A stretch of DNA of 64,000 nucleotides, taken from positions 1,302,001-1,366,000 of the forward strand of contig JABVCE010000008.1 in assembly GCA_014905635.1 (NCBI GenBank), read 5' to 3'. The notes beneath the pieces are model-generated. The model saw only the letters and a list, made by a program, of their open reading frames with translations, searched no databases and was not told the DNA's origin. The position numbers and the translations under genes were made by a program. This document shows, piece after piece, positions 21,776 to 34,541 of this stretch (its first letter is position 1; every line of letters begins with the position of its first letter). The DNA is from Scenedesmus sp. PABB004. Its lineage: Eukaryota.

Positions 21776-23782
21776 GCCGCGCAGCTGGCACGGCGGCGCG
21801 GCGCGGCCTGGCCGCCGCTGCTGCTGCGGCCTGCTGCGGCGGCTCACGCCGCGCGCCGCGCCCGGCGCGCCCCCTGCAGGCGGCCCCGCGGGCGCGCCGC
21901 CGCCGTCGTGCCAGGTGTGCCAGGCTGCGCCGCACAAGTACCGCTGCCCCGGCTGCGACGCGCGGACGTGCAGCCTCGGGTGCAGCCAGGCGCACAAGGC
22001 GGCGAGCGGGTGCAGCGGCAAGCGCGACAAGCTCGCGTTTGTGCCGCTCAAAGACTTCACCGACCGCCACCTGCTGTCGGGTGCGCATGAGCGAGCCGGC
22101 GGGGCGGCGGGCGCGCCGGCTGGCCGCCAGCGGCGGCGCGCGTGCGCGCACGTCGCACGCCCGTGCCCCGCCGCCGCGCCGCGGCCGCAGACTACCGCTG
22201 GCTGGAGGAGGTCTCCCGCGCAGACGACAACGCGCGCCGCCTGCGCCCGCCCACGCCGCGGCGCGAGCTGCCGCAGCACCTCGCGTCGCTCGTGCACCAG
22301 GCGCGGCTGCGTGGCGTGCGCCTGCTCATCATGCCGCCTGGTGCGCACGGCGGGCGGGCGGGCGCGTGCGCGCGCGGGCGGCGGCGCGCGGGCGGCGCGC
22401 GGCGGCGGGTGGCGGGAAGAGCGGAAGCGCAGGGCGAAGTGGAGGGGGCAGCGAGGCAGCCGCGGCGGCCGGGCGCGCGCCATGGCCCCCTTCGCCCCCC
22501 CCCCCCCGCCCCGCGCGCGCCCGCAGGCATGCAGCGGCGCCAGGCCAACAGCACCCGCTACGACTTCCACGCCCGCCGCATGGCGTGGCGCGTCGAGTGG
22601 CGCTTCCCCGGCGCGGCGGCGGCGGCGGCGGCGCCCGCCGCGCCCGCCGCGGGCCAGCCGGCCGCGGGCGTGGCGCCGCCGGGTGCGGCGCCGTCGGTCG
22701 TGGACGGCCGCGTCGACGAGGGCGCGCTGCTGGGCGACGTGCTCACGCGGCACCTGGACTACGCGCCCGGCGGCGGCGGGCAGGCGCTGGCGTTGCGCGC
22801 GTACAGCGCCGCCGGCCTCGCCGCGCTGACCGTGGTCATGCGCCGCGAGCGCTGCGCGGTGCGCGCGCGCCGCCGGGCTGCTGCGCCTCTCCCTCCCTCG
22901 CGCTCCCGCGCGGCTGCTGCCCGGCCGCCTCACACGCGCGCCGCCTCCGCCGCCGCCGCCCCCCAGGCCAACGCGCCGCGCTTCTACGAGCTCGACCTGG
23001 CCCAGCCGCTGCGCAGCCAGCTGGCGGGCAAGACTGTGGTCGAGTTCCCCAGCCTGCTCGTGCTGCTGCCGGGCGAGGCGGCAGCGTACGACGTCATCAG
23101 CCTGGCAGAGCAGGCGGACGAGCGCGAGGCCGCGGCCGCGCAGCGCAGCGCCGGCGGCCGCGGAGGCCACGGCCGCGGCGGCGGTCGCGGCGGGGGTCGC
23201 GGCGGCTACGATGGTGGCGGCGGCCGCGGTCGCGGCGGCGGTCGCGGCGGCTACGACGATGGCGGCCGCGGTCGCGGCCGCGGCGGCGCCCGAGGTGGCG
23301 GCCCCGGCGGCCGCGGCGGCTACCAGCAGCACCACGGGCTGGGGCTGCCGCCCCCGCCGCCGCCGCCGCCGCCGCGGAGGTCGGCGGAGCAGCAGCAGGA
23401 GCAGCAGCAGCAGGAGCAGCAGCAGGACGCGTGGCCGCACGCAAATGGTGAGCCGGCGATGAAGCGGCAGTGCCTTGAGGCGGGGCAGCAGCAGCAGACA
23501 CAGGGTCAGGATCAGGAGCAGCAGCAGCAGCAGGAGCAGCAGGAGCAACAGCAGCAGCAGCAGCAGCAGCCAAAGTACTTCTACTTTGACCCCGCCGCGG
23601 CCGACGTGGACGACAGCGACGACGAGGGCAGCGGCGGCGCTGGCGCCGAGGCGGCAGCAGGCGGCAGCCCGCGACGCGCGCAGCCGGCGCGGCAGCAGCC
23701 GGGCGCGGCGGTGCCAGCGGGCGGCAGCGCTGCGGCGATGCTGTCGCTGCTGGCCGCGTACGGCGACGACGACGATGAGTGA
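21678..23782 (+). CDS. BCD1: Box C/D snoRNP assembly factor Bcd1/ZNHIT6-like (zf-HIT), multi-exon
   Basis: CQVCQAAPHKYRCPGCDARTCSLGCSQAHKAASGCSGKRD (HIT zinc finger), then LLS|DYRWLEE, MPP|GMQRRQANST, WRVEWRF and LAGKTVVEFP. Confidence 0.9.
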
Positions 23783-23852
23783 GCGCGCGCCCCGACTGAG
23801 CGCCGCGCTCGGTAACACGCCCGCGGGGCCGTCCCGGGCTCCCCACCGCCCG

Positions 23853-25483
23853 TCAGCTCGGCGCCGTGGTGCCCGCGCCGGCGCAGCGCACGACGTAGTG
23901 CTCGCCGCGCTGGGTGACCTCGAACCGCGCCGCGGGCAGCAGCTGCTGCGCGACCGCAATCGCGGTGCGCGTGTGCAGGCTCAGCTCGCCGGTGAGCATC
24001 GCGCTCTGCCCAGCCGCCAGCGCCATGAAGATGATCAGCTGGTCTTGCAGCCTGCGCCCGGGGCGGCGGCCCGCCGCCGCGGCGGGGGCGTCCGTGTGTG
24101 AGCACAGGAACGCGCCGGCAGGCAGCGCCACGCGCGCCCGCGCGCACCACTCGTCGACGGCCGCGCCGCTGCGCGCCGCCGCCAGCAGGTCGCGCGCCGC
24201 CACGGCGCCGACCGCCTCGGCCGGCACGCCGCGCTCCGCGAGCGCGCTCGCGCCCAGCAGCACGCCGTTGTCGGTGGACGCCACGAGCACGACGCCGCCG
24301 CCGTCGCCCACGGCCGCGCCGGGTGGCTCGTGCACGGCCCGGACGTCCAGCTCCACGGCGGCGACCTTGCCGCCGCCCGCCGAGCTGCAGCCGGCCCCGG
24401 TCGCCGCCGCGGCGCCGCCGCCCCAGAGCACCGCCGGGTCGCCGAGCGCCGCGCGGACGTCGTCCGCGGCCGCGCGCGCCATGGCGCGCGCCGCGTCCGC
24501 CCCGACGCGCCCCGCGGCGAAGGCCCAGCCGTCGACGCGGACGAGGCGGCCGCGGCGCGTGAGGTCAAACGCGGGGAGCGCCGCCCCGCGGGCAGGCTGC
24601 GGACCGTCAGCACCGCCTCCCCGCCGCCCCGCGGGAAAAAGCCGCGGCGCACCACCCGAAACGCCACGCCTGCCGCGGCGGCGCCGAGCAGACGGCGCAG
24701 GCTGGGCAGCAGCACGTGCTCCACGTAGCCGATCGGCGGCGCGAAGGCCGCGTCGGTGCCGCCCCGGAGCGTCAGCGTGGACACCGTGCTGCAGATGGCC
24801 GGCGCGTGCGGCGCGGCGGGCCGTGAGCGGGGTGTGAATGGCGGACCGGGGCCGTTCGCGCGGTGCCAGCGGTGACGGCACCTCGGCGGGGACGCGAACA
24901 GCAGCACCGGCAGCGCCTGCTGCACCAGCAGCGTGCACGAGCCCGCCGTGTGCGTGTCGGCGACGTAGGCGCCCGCCGCGGCGCCGCCCGCGCCCGGCGT
25001 GAGGGCGATCGCGGTCGAGCGGGCGGCGCCGCCGTCCAGCTCGGACCGGGCGATGTCCGCGACGAGGCGCAGGCCCGTGAGGTGCTGCGGCGAGAGGCCC
25101 GGCTTCGCCCGGCCGGCGCGGATGCGGTGCACATAGAGTGCGGCTCGCTCAATGGCCGCCAGGGCGGCCGCGTTGCGCAGGATCTGCCCGCCGCCCTCCA
25201 GCTGCGAGCCTGCGAGACCGGCGCGCAGCGCCAGCGTCGCCGCGTGCCGCGCCGCGTGCCGCGCGCCGCGCGCCGCGCCGCGTGCCGCGCCGCGTGCCGC
25301 GTGCGCGCCGCGTGCCGCGTGCCGCGTGCCGCGTGCCGCGTGCCGCGCCGCCGCCGCCGCCGCCGCCGCCGCCACAGCGTCGTCGCCGGGTGCAGGGCCG
25401 CGTGCCGCACCATCGACGTGCACCGCGCCGCGCGGCGGCACCACATGCTGCTCCACTCCGGCGTTCGGCCTGGCGGAGCTCAT
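23853..25483 (-). CDS. RTCA: RNA 3'-terminal phosphate cyclase (multi-exon; one apparent 1-nt frameshift near 24587)
   Basis: VDG|SQLEGGGQILR, IRAGRAKPGLSPQHLTG, TAGSCTLLVQ, LRGGTD, RRGFFPRGGG, AVDEW|LQDQLIIFMALA and LSLHTRTAI. Confidence 0.9.
25236..25346. repeat. Intronic GCCGCGT/GCCGC minisatellite in RTCA intron 1
   Basis: Tandem imperfect gccgcgt units. Confidence 0.7.
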
Positions 25484-25665
25484 GCAGGGTGCTCGGTACG
25501 CCGAGCAGGCGCCGCGGCGGCGGAGCGGCAGCGGATTCGCGGCAGCAGCGGCACGGCGCGCGGCGCAGCTGGCCCCTGCTCTGCTGCTCTGCCGGAACGA
25601 GCACTCGCACGGCGAAGATGCAGACGCGAATGATGGCGAGCACACCACTCTGTTACTCGTGGTTT

Positions 25666-26136
25666 TCAGGCGCCGAGCGCCGCCGTGAGTCGGGCCCGCT
25701 CGGCGGCCAGGGCGGCCGCGAGCGCTCCGTGCAGCGCCGCCGCGTCGCCGGTGCTCGCCGCCGCCGCCTCAAGCGCCAGCGCATGCTCGGCGCCGAGCCG
25801 CAGGAGCTTGGCGCGCACCGCCGCGCGCTGGCGCGCCCCCAGCACCAGCCGCTGCGCGCCCTTGGCGCCAGCGCCGCCGACCACCAGCACGCCGTCGCCG
25901 CCGCAGCCCTCGCAGCGCCGCTCCATGCGGCGGTGCTCGTAGGTGGTGGTCAGGCGGCCGCTGCCGCTGCAGGCGCCACACAGGCGCGCTGCACTCGCGC
26001 TTGGCGCGACGCTGGCGGCCGCGGGCGGCTGGTCGTCTGCGCGCCCCGGGCCGCCTGGCACGACGTTCTGCTGGTACTTGGCACGCAGCTGCTCCAGCGT
26101 CGCGCGATCGTCCTGGACGCTGACGCCCGGCTCCAT
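25666..26136 (-). CDS. Small protein with a DnaJ-type CxxCxGxG zinc finger (DnaJE-like, no J domain seen)
   Basis: MEPGVSVQDDRATLEQLRAKYQ..CGACSGSG-x13-CEGCGGDG, followed by a helical C-terminus. Single exon; start codon uncertain. Confidence 0.65.
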   Translation of the reverse strand: MEPGVSVQDDRATLEQLRAKYQQNVVPGGPGRADDQPPAAASVAPSASAARLCGACSGSGRLTTTYEHRRMERRCEGCGGDGVLVVGGAGAKGAQRLVLGARQRAAVRAKLLRLGAEHALALEAAAASTGDAAALHGALAAALAAERARLTAALGA

Positions 26137-26640
26137 CGCGACGCGTTTGACCCGCGCGCGTTTGCGCTGCGGCCGGCCGCTGCAGCTGGTTTGCTGGTGC
26201 GGCTGAGGCGGGAGGGCGGGGGCGGGGCTCCAGGTGTGGGGGCCAGCCCTGGGCGCGGCCGCAGTGCGCACTGCGCTTGGGCCGCCTGCGCCGCCGCGCG
26301 CGCCGCTGAACCGCCACTTTCCCGCCTTCACGCCGTCGCGGGCACGAACCCGCGTGATCGCGTGCGGTGCCACACACGAAGCTGTCGACCGGGAGGAGGC
26401 GAGGCCCGCGCCCCTGCCGCCGCCCGAGCTCTGCCGGCGGCAGCGGGCGGCGGAGCAGCGGCGGGGCGCAGAGCCGCGGAGGGGCGCTCACAGGCCGAGA
26501 GCTAGCTGGCGCGCGTGTGGGTTGAACGTGACGATTGGACGTGCTGCGGAGCCGCCAGTGGCGCCGATCCGGCAGCCGGCGGCGGCGCGGCAGCGGCCGA
26601 CGCAGCAGCAGCGCGCGGCGCAGCGCGGACCGGCCCAAGC

Positions 26641-29600
26641 ATGGCGCAACCGGCCGCCCCCGGCTGGCAGGACTTCGGCCAGAAGGTGGGCCCCGCGCGC
26701 GCCGACTGGGCCGCGGCCCGCGCCGGCGGCAACCGCGCGCAACCACTTGCGTGCGCTGCTCGGCGCCGCCAGGTCGACCTCACGGCCCGGCTGCGTGAGA
26801 TTCTCATCAACTATCCCGAGGGCACCAGCATCCTCAAGGAAATCCTGCAGGCGCGACCCGGCTGCGCGCGCGGCCCGGCGCGCGCGCTTGCAGGACGCGC
26901 CGCGCGCGGCGAGCGCCGCCCCGCCGCCGCCGCCGCCGCAGAACGCGGACGACGCCAAGGCGACCGTCGTGCGCTTCTGCCTGGACCGCACGAGCCACCC
27001 AGCCGACTCGCTGCTGGCGCCGAGCATGGCCGGCTTCCAGGGCCCCGCGCTGCTCGCCTACAACGACGCGGTGCGCGGCGGCGGACCAGGGCACCCGCGC
27101 GCGCCGCGCGCCGCGCCGCTCCATGCCGCTCCGCTCTGCGCCGCGCCGCTCCGCGCCGCGCCGCGCGGGCCGAGTGCCCTCGCCCCTGCCGCGCCGCGCC
27201 GCGCAGGTGTTCACGGAGAAAGACTTCGAGTCAATCAGGCGCGGGCGCGGCGCCAGGGCGGCCGGCGCAGGCGGGCGGCGCGGGCACCCCGCGGTGCGGG
27301 GCAGGGCCCAGCGCGCCCGCCCGTGCCCACGCGCTGCCCGCGCCCGCACCCTGCAGCCGCATCGGCGACTCGAAGAAACGCGAGCAGCTGGGCAAGACGG
27401 GGCGCTTCGGGTGCGCGCAGCACGCAGACGGGCGCGGCGGCGGGCGGGGGGGGGGGGGGGGCGCCGCGCGCCGCAGGGCTGAGCGCGCCCTGTGTCCCGC
27501 GCCCTGTGCCCCGCCTGCACCGCAGCGTGGGGTTCAACGCGGTGTACCACCTCACAGACCTGCCCAGCTTCGTCTCCGGCGAGCATCTGGTGCGGCGCGC
27601 GCGCGCGGACGGCGCGCCCCGCACGCCCACGCGCGCGACGCGCCCCGCGGCGCCGCGGCCGCCCCTGCCGTCGCCGGACGCGCTGCCCGCCGCCGCCGCG
27701 CCCGTCTGCCGCGCGACGCGCCCCGCGGCGCCGCGGCCGCCCCTGCCGTCGCCGGACGCGCTGCCCGCCGCCGCCGCGCCCGTCTGCTGCGCGCCCCTCG
27801 CCGCACGCACCCTCGACGCGCACGCCCCCGCGCCGCCGCAGGCGATCTTTGACCCCCACTGCCGCCACCTGCCCGCGGTGTCGGCGGCCAACCCGGGCAA
27901 GAAGCTCAACTTCTGCGCGCACCCCATCAACGACTCGCTGCGCGACCAGGCGGCGCCGTACCATGTCTTTGGCTGCGACACCGCGCAGCCCTTTGCCGGT
28001 ACGCTCTTCCGCTTCCCCCTCCGCACGCCGGCGCAGGCGGCGGCGAGCGCGATCAGCAAGCAGGCGTACAGCGCCGACGCGATCGCCGCGCTGCTGGCGG
28101 AGCTGGCGGCCGAGGCGCCGCTGCTGCTCCTCTTCCTCAAGAGCGTGGCCGGCGTCGAGGTGTACAGCCGCGAGCACGGCGACGCGGCGCCGACGCTGCG
28201 GTTCAGCTGCGGCGCCGCGCGCCCGACCCCGGCGCTGCTGTGCGACCGCGCGCGCTTCCTCGCCGCCGCCGCGGCGCCGCCGGACGACCACGCCGACTTT
28301 TCCGGCACGTACGCGCTGGAGCTGCTGGCGCGGTGAGGGGCCGGCCGCCGCCACCGCGCCCGCGCGTGCCTGGGCGCCAGCCGGCGGCGGCAGCTCGCGG
28401 ACCGCGCGCGAGCCCCCACCGCCGCCACGCCCGCGCCGCCCGCGCTGCAGGGACGCGGCGGCCGACAGCGAGGCGCGCTCGACCTTCCTGGTCGCCCAGC
28501 GGCGCGGCCCGCCGCAGCTGATTGCGATGGCAGCGGAGCTGAGCCGCACGCTGCAGGCGCCGCTCGTCCCCTGGGGCGCCGTCGCGGCGCAGGTCGGCGG
28601 CGGCGGCGGCGGCGACGTGGCGCCGCAGTCGGACAGCGACGGCGGCGGCGGCGCGCCGAGCGGGCGCGCGTTCTGCTTCCTGCCGCTGCCCGCCGCGACG
28701 GGCCTGCCGGTGCACGTCAACGGCTACTTTGAGCTCTCGAGCAACCGGCGCGACGTCTGGCACGGTGCGGACATGGCCGGCGCGGGGCGGCTGCGCGCGC
28801 AGTGGAACGAGGCGCTGCTGCAGCTGGTGGTCGCGCCGGCATACCTCGACCTGCTCGCCGCGGCCGCCAAGCTGCTCGGGCCGGGCCCCGAGTTCGCACG
28901 GTGGGTGCACACGGTCGGCGCGGCGGCGGCGGCGGGCAGCGCCGCCCCCGTCCCCTCGTCAGGCAGCGCCGTGCGGCGCCGTCGCCTGCCTGCCTGAGCG
29001 CGCCACGCCCACCGCGCCGCGACGCAGGCTGTGGCCAGCGGCTGACGCGCCGCCGCCGTGGGACGGCGTGGCTCGGCAGCTCTACGGTCGCCTGACTGGC
29101 CGCCCACTGCTGTGGACGGCGGCGGACGGCGGCCGCTGGCTGAGCCCGGCTCAGGCCCTGTTTCCTGACGCCGCCTGCCTGCTGCAGCACGCCGCTGCGC
29201 CGACGGAGGCGGGCGGCGACGGCGCCGCGTCGTCGGCGCCCCTGGAGGAGGCCCCAGGCGCCGCTGCGCTGGCGCCGCGCGGCAAAGGCCTGGGCCCCCT
29301 GGGCGAGGCGTTGCTGCTGTTCGACCTCCCGCTCGTGGACCTGCCGGGCGGCGTGCTGCGCATGATGCTGAAGCACCTGGTGCGCGCCTGCTGACCGGGC
29401 CGAGCGCCGCGGCGGCGCAGCGGTGGTCGGTCGCCGCAGCCCTGACGCGCGGCCCGCGCCGCGCCGCCGCGCAGCCGGAGCCGCCGCACGCCTGCACGCC
29501 CGCGACGGCGCGCCGAGCTGCGAGCAGCCACCCCGAGCGCGCGGCGCTGCTGTGGCGCGCGGAGCAGCTGGTGCCGTTGCTGGGCTACGTGCTGGCAGAC

Positions 29601-30694
29601 CTCGACCTCGCGGCGGGGCCGGCCGCGTGCCAGGCGCTCGTGCGGCTGCGCCTGCTGCCGACCGCTGACGGCGGGGTCGCGGCGTTTGCCAGCGACGCGG
29701 GGCAGCACGTGTTTGTGGTGACGGAGGAGCTGGAGCTGCGCCTGGTCGGCACGCAGAGTGAGCGCCGCGCCCCCCGCGATCGCCCGTCACCTACCGCGCG
29801 GCGCCGCGCGGCGCGGCAGCCGCCGGCGGCTCACGCCGCTGCCCCCGCCTGCCGCCCGCCCGCCGGCCGCAGAGGCGCTGCTGCTGGACCACGCGCTCCT
29901 CGGCCCCGCACTGACCAGCAGGCTGTCGCTGGTCGCGAGCTACGAGTCGACCAGCCTGCGCCACCTCGCGGTGCAAGACCTCGTGACCCACTTTCTGCCC
30001 GGCCTGCTGCCGCCCGAATGGCATCACGCCGCGACGGTGGACTGGCGCGGCGCCGGCGCCGGCGAGCACGGCGACGTCGCGGCGGCAGGCAGCGGCCCCC
30101 TGGTCACCTGGTGCGCAGCGCGGGCCGACGCCGGCACCTCGCCCGGCACTTGCGTGGGGGCGCCCTGCGCCACTCGCTCCGCCCCGCCCACCGCCGCACG
30201 CTGCAGGGAGTGGCTGCAGGCGCTGTGGCAGTTTCTGGCGGCGCGCCGCGCCGAGCTGCCGCTGCTGGTGTCCTGCGGCTGGCCGCTGCTGCCGGTCCTC
30301 GGCGGCCGCCTGGTGCCGCTGCGCACGCTTGCGGCGTCGCCGGTGGTGTCGCCGGGCGCGGAGAGCTGGCCCGCTGGGCTGGAAGCCGTGCTGGCCAAGC
30401 TCGGCGTGCACGTGCTCGACTCGGCGAGCTTTGAGCTGCCGAGCGAGCAGCTGCTCCAGCTGAGCGTGCACCGCCCCGGCGGCGCGGGCGTGGCGGCCGC
30501 GCTGTGCGCCGCGCTGGGCTGGCGCGACGGTGTTGGCGGCGCGGGCGAGGACGTGCGGCTGGGCGTGGCCGACGCGCGGCTCCTTCGCTCCTTCCTGCTG
30601 CAGCAGCGCTGGTTCTCGGGCGTCGCGGGCGACGGCGGCGATGCGCAGCTGCTGGTCGTCTGCCGGCGGCTGCCGCTCTACGAGCGCGCCAACC

Positions 30695-30740
<46 letters not shown>

Positions 30741-31338
30741 CGGGGAGGAGGAGGAGGGAGAGCAAGCATGGCACGAGGAGCAGCAGCAGCAGGAGGAGCA
30801 GCATGGCACGGTCGCGCTGGAGCCGGGCAGCTGCCTCGCGCCAGCAGGTGCGCCGCCGCGCCTTGGCCGCGGCCGCGGGCGTGCGCCGCCCAGCCGCGTC
30901 GCCGCCGCCGCACCTCCCCCCCTCACGCCGCAACCCCGACACACCGCCGCCGTGCAGGCGTGCACGCGCCCGCGCTGGACGACCGCTACCTGGCGGCGGG
31001 CTCCGCCGACGAGGCGGCCGTCATGTCTGGCCGCCTGGGCGTGGCCGCGCCGCGCGCGGCGCAGGTGTACCGCGAGGCCGTGCTGCCGCGCCTGGCGGCG
31101 CTCCTGCCGCGCGTGCGCGACGCGGCGATGCTGCGCATGCTCGCGGCGCTGCCGGAGCTGCTCGCGCAGGACGGCGGCCTCCTGCGCTGCCTCGGCGGCA
31201 CGGCCTTTGTGCCCAACTGCGCCGGCGAGCTGCGGCCGCCGTGCGAGCTGTACGACCCGCGCGTGCCCGAGCTGGTCGCGCTGCTCAACCCGGACACCGC
31301 ATTCCCCGCGCCCGCCTTCTGCGGCGGCGAGCAGCCAG

Positions 31339-31372
<34 letters not shown>

Positions 31373-31880
31373 GCTCGCCGCGCTGCAGCAGCTCGGCCTG
31401 CGCGCCAGCCCCGACCTCGGCACGCTCGTGCAGGCGGCGCGCTTTGTGGAGCGCACCGCACGCGAGGGCGACGTCGACATGGCGGTGGCGCGCGGGTTCG
31501 CGCTGCTGGCCTACCTGGACAGCGAGGCGGAGCGCCTGGTCGGCGGCCACACCGCGATCAGCGCCGCCGCGGTCGCCGCGGTGCGGCTCGGCGGCTCGCC
31601 GCGCAGCAGCCTGGACGGCTCGCCCCGGCGCCGGCGGGGGCACGGCCTGTTCTCGGCGGTGCAGGGTCTGCTCAGCGGCCTCGGCCGCGGCGGCGGCGGC
31701 GGCGGCGGCGGCGGCCACCGCGGCGGCCGCGAGCACCACCCCGACGCGGACGCGGGGCTGGACGAGTTTGGTGCCGAGAAGGCGGCGGCGGCGGCCCTCG
31801 GCCGGCAGTGGGCGGAGCTCGCGCGCACGGCCTGGTGCCCCGTGCTGGCGTCCTGCCCCGACCCCGCGCTGCCCTGGCAC

Positions 31881-31911
<31 letters not shown>

Positions 31912-34472
31912 GCGGCGGCGGCGGCGCGGAGCGCGGCGAGGGCGGCCGCGCGGCGGCGCGGCTCGCGGCGCCGTGCGCGGCGCGGCCGCGCGGCGACCTG
32001 TGGCTGGTGTCGGCGACCATGAGCGTGGTGGACGGCGACGTCCGGTGCGCGCGCGGCCGCCGGGGTGGGGACGCCAGGCGGGGCCGCGTCGGCGCGCGCC
32101 TGCGCGCACCCTCAAGCCACTCCCGCCGCCGGCGCCGCGCCCGCAGGTCGCCCGTGCTGCTTGCCGGCCTCGGCTGGGCGGGCGCGCTTCCCGGCGCCGT
32201 GCTCGGCGCGCAGCTCGCGGCGCTGGGCGACGCGCACCGGCGCGTGGAGGACGCGGCGCTGGCACGGACGCTCGCGCGCGTCGCGCCGACGCTCTACGGC
32301 GCCCTCGCCGCGCTGCCGGCGCAGGAGCTGGGCGCCGCCGCCGCGCTGCTCGAGCGTCGCGCCACAGTGTGGGTTGGCGACGGCTTTGTGCAGGCGGAGC
32401 GCGTTGCGTTCCGGGTGCGCGCGCCGGCAGCGCGCGCGCGCGAACGCGGCGCGGCAGCCGTAGCCGCCGCGCGGCGGCTCACGGGCGGGTGCGCCGCACG
32501 TGCGGGCGCGGCCGCAGGGCGCGATGGACCTCAGCCCCCACCTCTACGTCTTGCCGCTGGAGCTCAGCCCGTTTCGTGAGCTGCTCGCGGTGCTGGGCTG
32601 CACGCAGGCGTTCAGCGCCGCGCAGTACACCGCGCTGCTGCAGGTGCGGCGGGGCGCGACGCCGCGTCGCGCCGCTGCTCCGCCGCGCCCGTGCGGCGGC
32701 GCTCGCGAGCCCCTCGTGCCCCGCCCGTCCGCACGCCCCGCGCAGGACCTGAGCCGCGCCGCGGCCGGCAGCCCGCTGCCGGCGGCGCAGCTCGCGCAAG
32801 CGCTGGCTGTCGTGCAGGCCCTGGCTGACGTCGTGGGCGCCTCTGGCGGCGGCGCCACCGCGGGGCGCACGGCGCTCGCCGGGGGCCGCGGCGGCCGAGA
32901 GCCCGACGCGGCGCTCGTGCCGGACACGGGCGGCGTGCTGCGCCCCGTGGCTGAGCTCGTGTACGATGACGCGCCGTGGCTGGACTCGCCCACGGCAGGC
33001 GCGCCGCGCCGCGCGGCAGGCAGGCGGCCGTCGCCGCATGGCCGCCGCGGCGCGGCCGGCGCCGCGTGCTGCGCGCTCCCAACCCCCGCGTCCGCCGCCC
33101 CCAGGTCTGGACGCGCAGCTGCGCCTGGTGCACCCGCGCGTGTCGGCGCCGGTCGCCGAGGCGCTGGGCGTCGCGTCGCGACGGCGGCTCATGCTCGCTG
33201 CGTCTGCCGACTGCCTCGCGCTCGGCCTGGTCGGCGGCGCGGTGGAGGCGTTTGGGCAGAGCGAGGCGCTGACCACGCGCCTGCGGCACATCATCCAGGC
33301 GCGCAGCGCCCGGCGGGCGGCGGGCGGGCGGGTGCGCGCCGGCGGCGGTCGCAGCGCACTGACGGCTCGCCCCGCCCGCCCGGCGCTCGGCCGCGCCGCG
33401 GGCACGCGCAGGACTATCCCGAGGGGCCCGGCGTGCTGCTGGAGCTCCTCCAGAACGCGGACGACGCCGGCGCGTCGGCGGCGGCGTTCACGCTCGACCT
33501 GCGGCACCACGGCACGTCGTCCCTGCTCGGCCCGGGGCTCGCGGCCTGGCAGGGCCCCGCGCTGCTGGCCTGGAACGACGCAACCTTCTCGCCCGGCGAC
33601 CTCGCCGCCATCGCGCGCATCGGCCAGGACGGAAAGATGAGCCAGCCGGCCGCCATCGGTCGCTTCGGGTGCGCGCAGCACGCAGACGGGCACGGCGGCG
33701 GGGCGGGCGCCACGCGCCGCGCGCCACAGGGCTGAGCGCGCCCCGCGCCCCGCGCCCCGCGCCCTGTGCCCCGCCCGCGCCGCAGCGTGGGGTTCAACGC
33801 GGTGTACCACCTCACAGACCTGCCCAGCTTCGTCTCGGGCGAGCACCTGGTGCGGCGCGCGAGCGCGCGCGTGCGGACGGCGCGCCCCCGCACGCGCGAC
33901 GCTCGGCGCCGCGGCCGCCCCTGCCACCGCCGGACGCGCCGCCCGCCGCCGCCGCGGCCGTCTGTTGCGCGCCCCTCGCCGCACGCACCCTCGACGCGCA
34001 CGCCCCCGCGCCGCAGGTGCTGTTCGACCCGCACGCGCGCTACCTGCCCGGCGCGTCGCCCGCGCAGCCGGGCCTCCGCATCAGCCTCGCGCGCGGCGCA
34101 CTGCTGCAGCAGTTCCCCGACGCCTTCAGCCCTTACATGCTCCACGGCTGCACCATGGAGGTGCGACGCGCGCCGCGCGCGACGCGCACGCTCCGCGCGC
34201 GACGCGCACGCTCAGCGCGCAGCCTCGGCGGCGCCACGCCGGGCGGCGCCGCGCGACCCCCTGCCGCCCGCGGCCGCGGCCCGGCGCCGTCAGGGCTCGT
34301 ACCCGGGCACGCTCTTCCGCTTCCCGCTGCGCACGCCCGACGCGGCGGCGGCGAGCGAGATCAAGGGCGCGCCCACGGCCCCGGGCGAGGCGCTGTCGCT
34401 GCTCGCGTCGCTGGCGGGGCTGCTGCCCCAGGCGCTGCTCTTCCTCAAGGGCCTGCGCCGCGTGGAGGTCGC

Positions 34473-34541
<69 letters not shown>

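Noticed and set aside
24580..24595. RTCA as a pseudogene or programmed frameshift
   Set aside because: One missing G in a G-run restores LPAGAALPAFD and all motifs are intact. A homopolymer sequencing error is the simplest explanation.
21678..25483. BCD1 and RTCA as a functional RNA-processing cluster
   Set aside because: They are convergent with stops 70 bp apart, but there is no evidence beyond adjacency in a compact genome.
3269..30737. CAG/polyQ tracts (3269-3305, ~23389-23569, ~30697-30737)
   Set aside because: Ordinary low-complexity coding repeats, typical of chlorophyte proteins.
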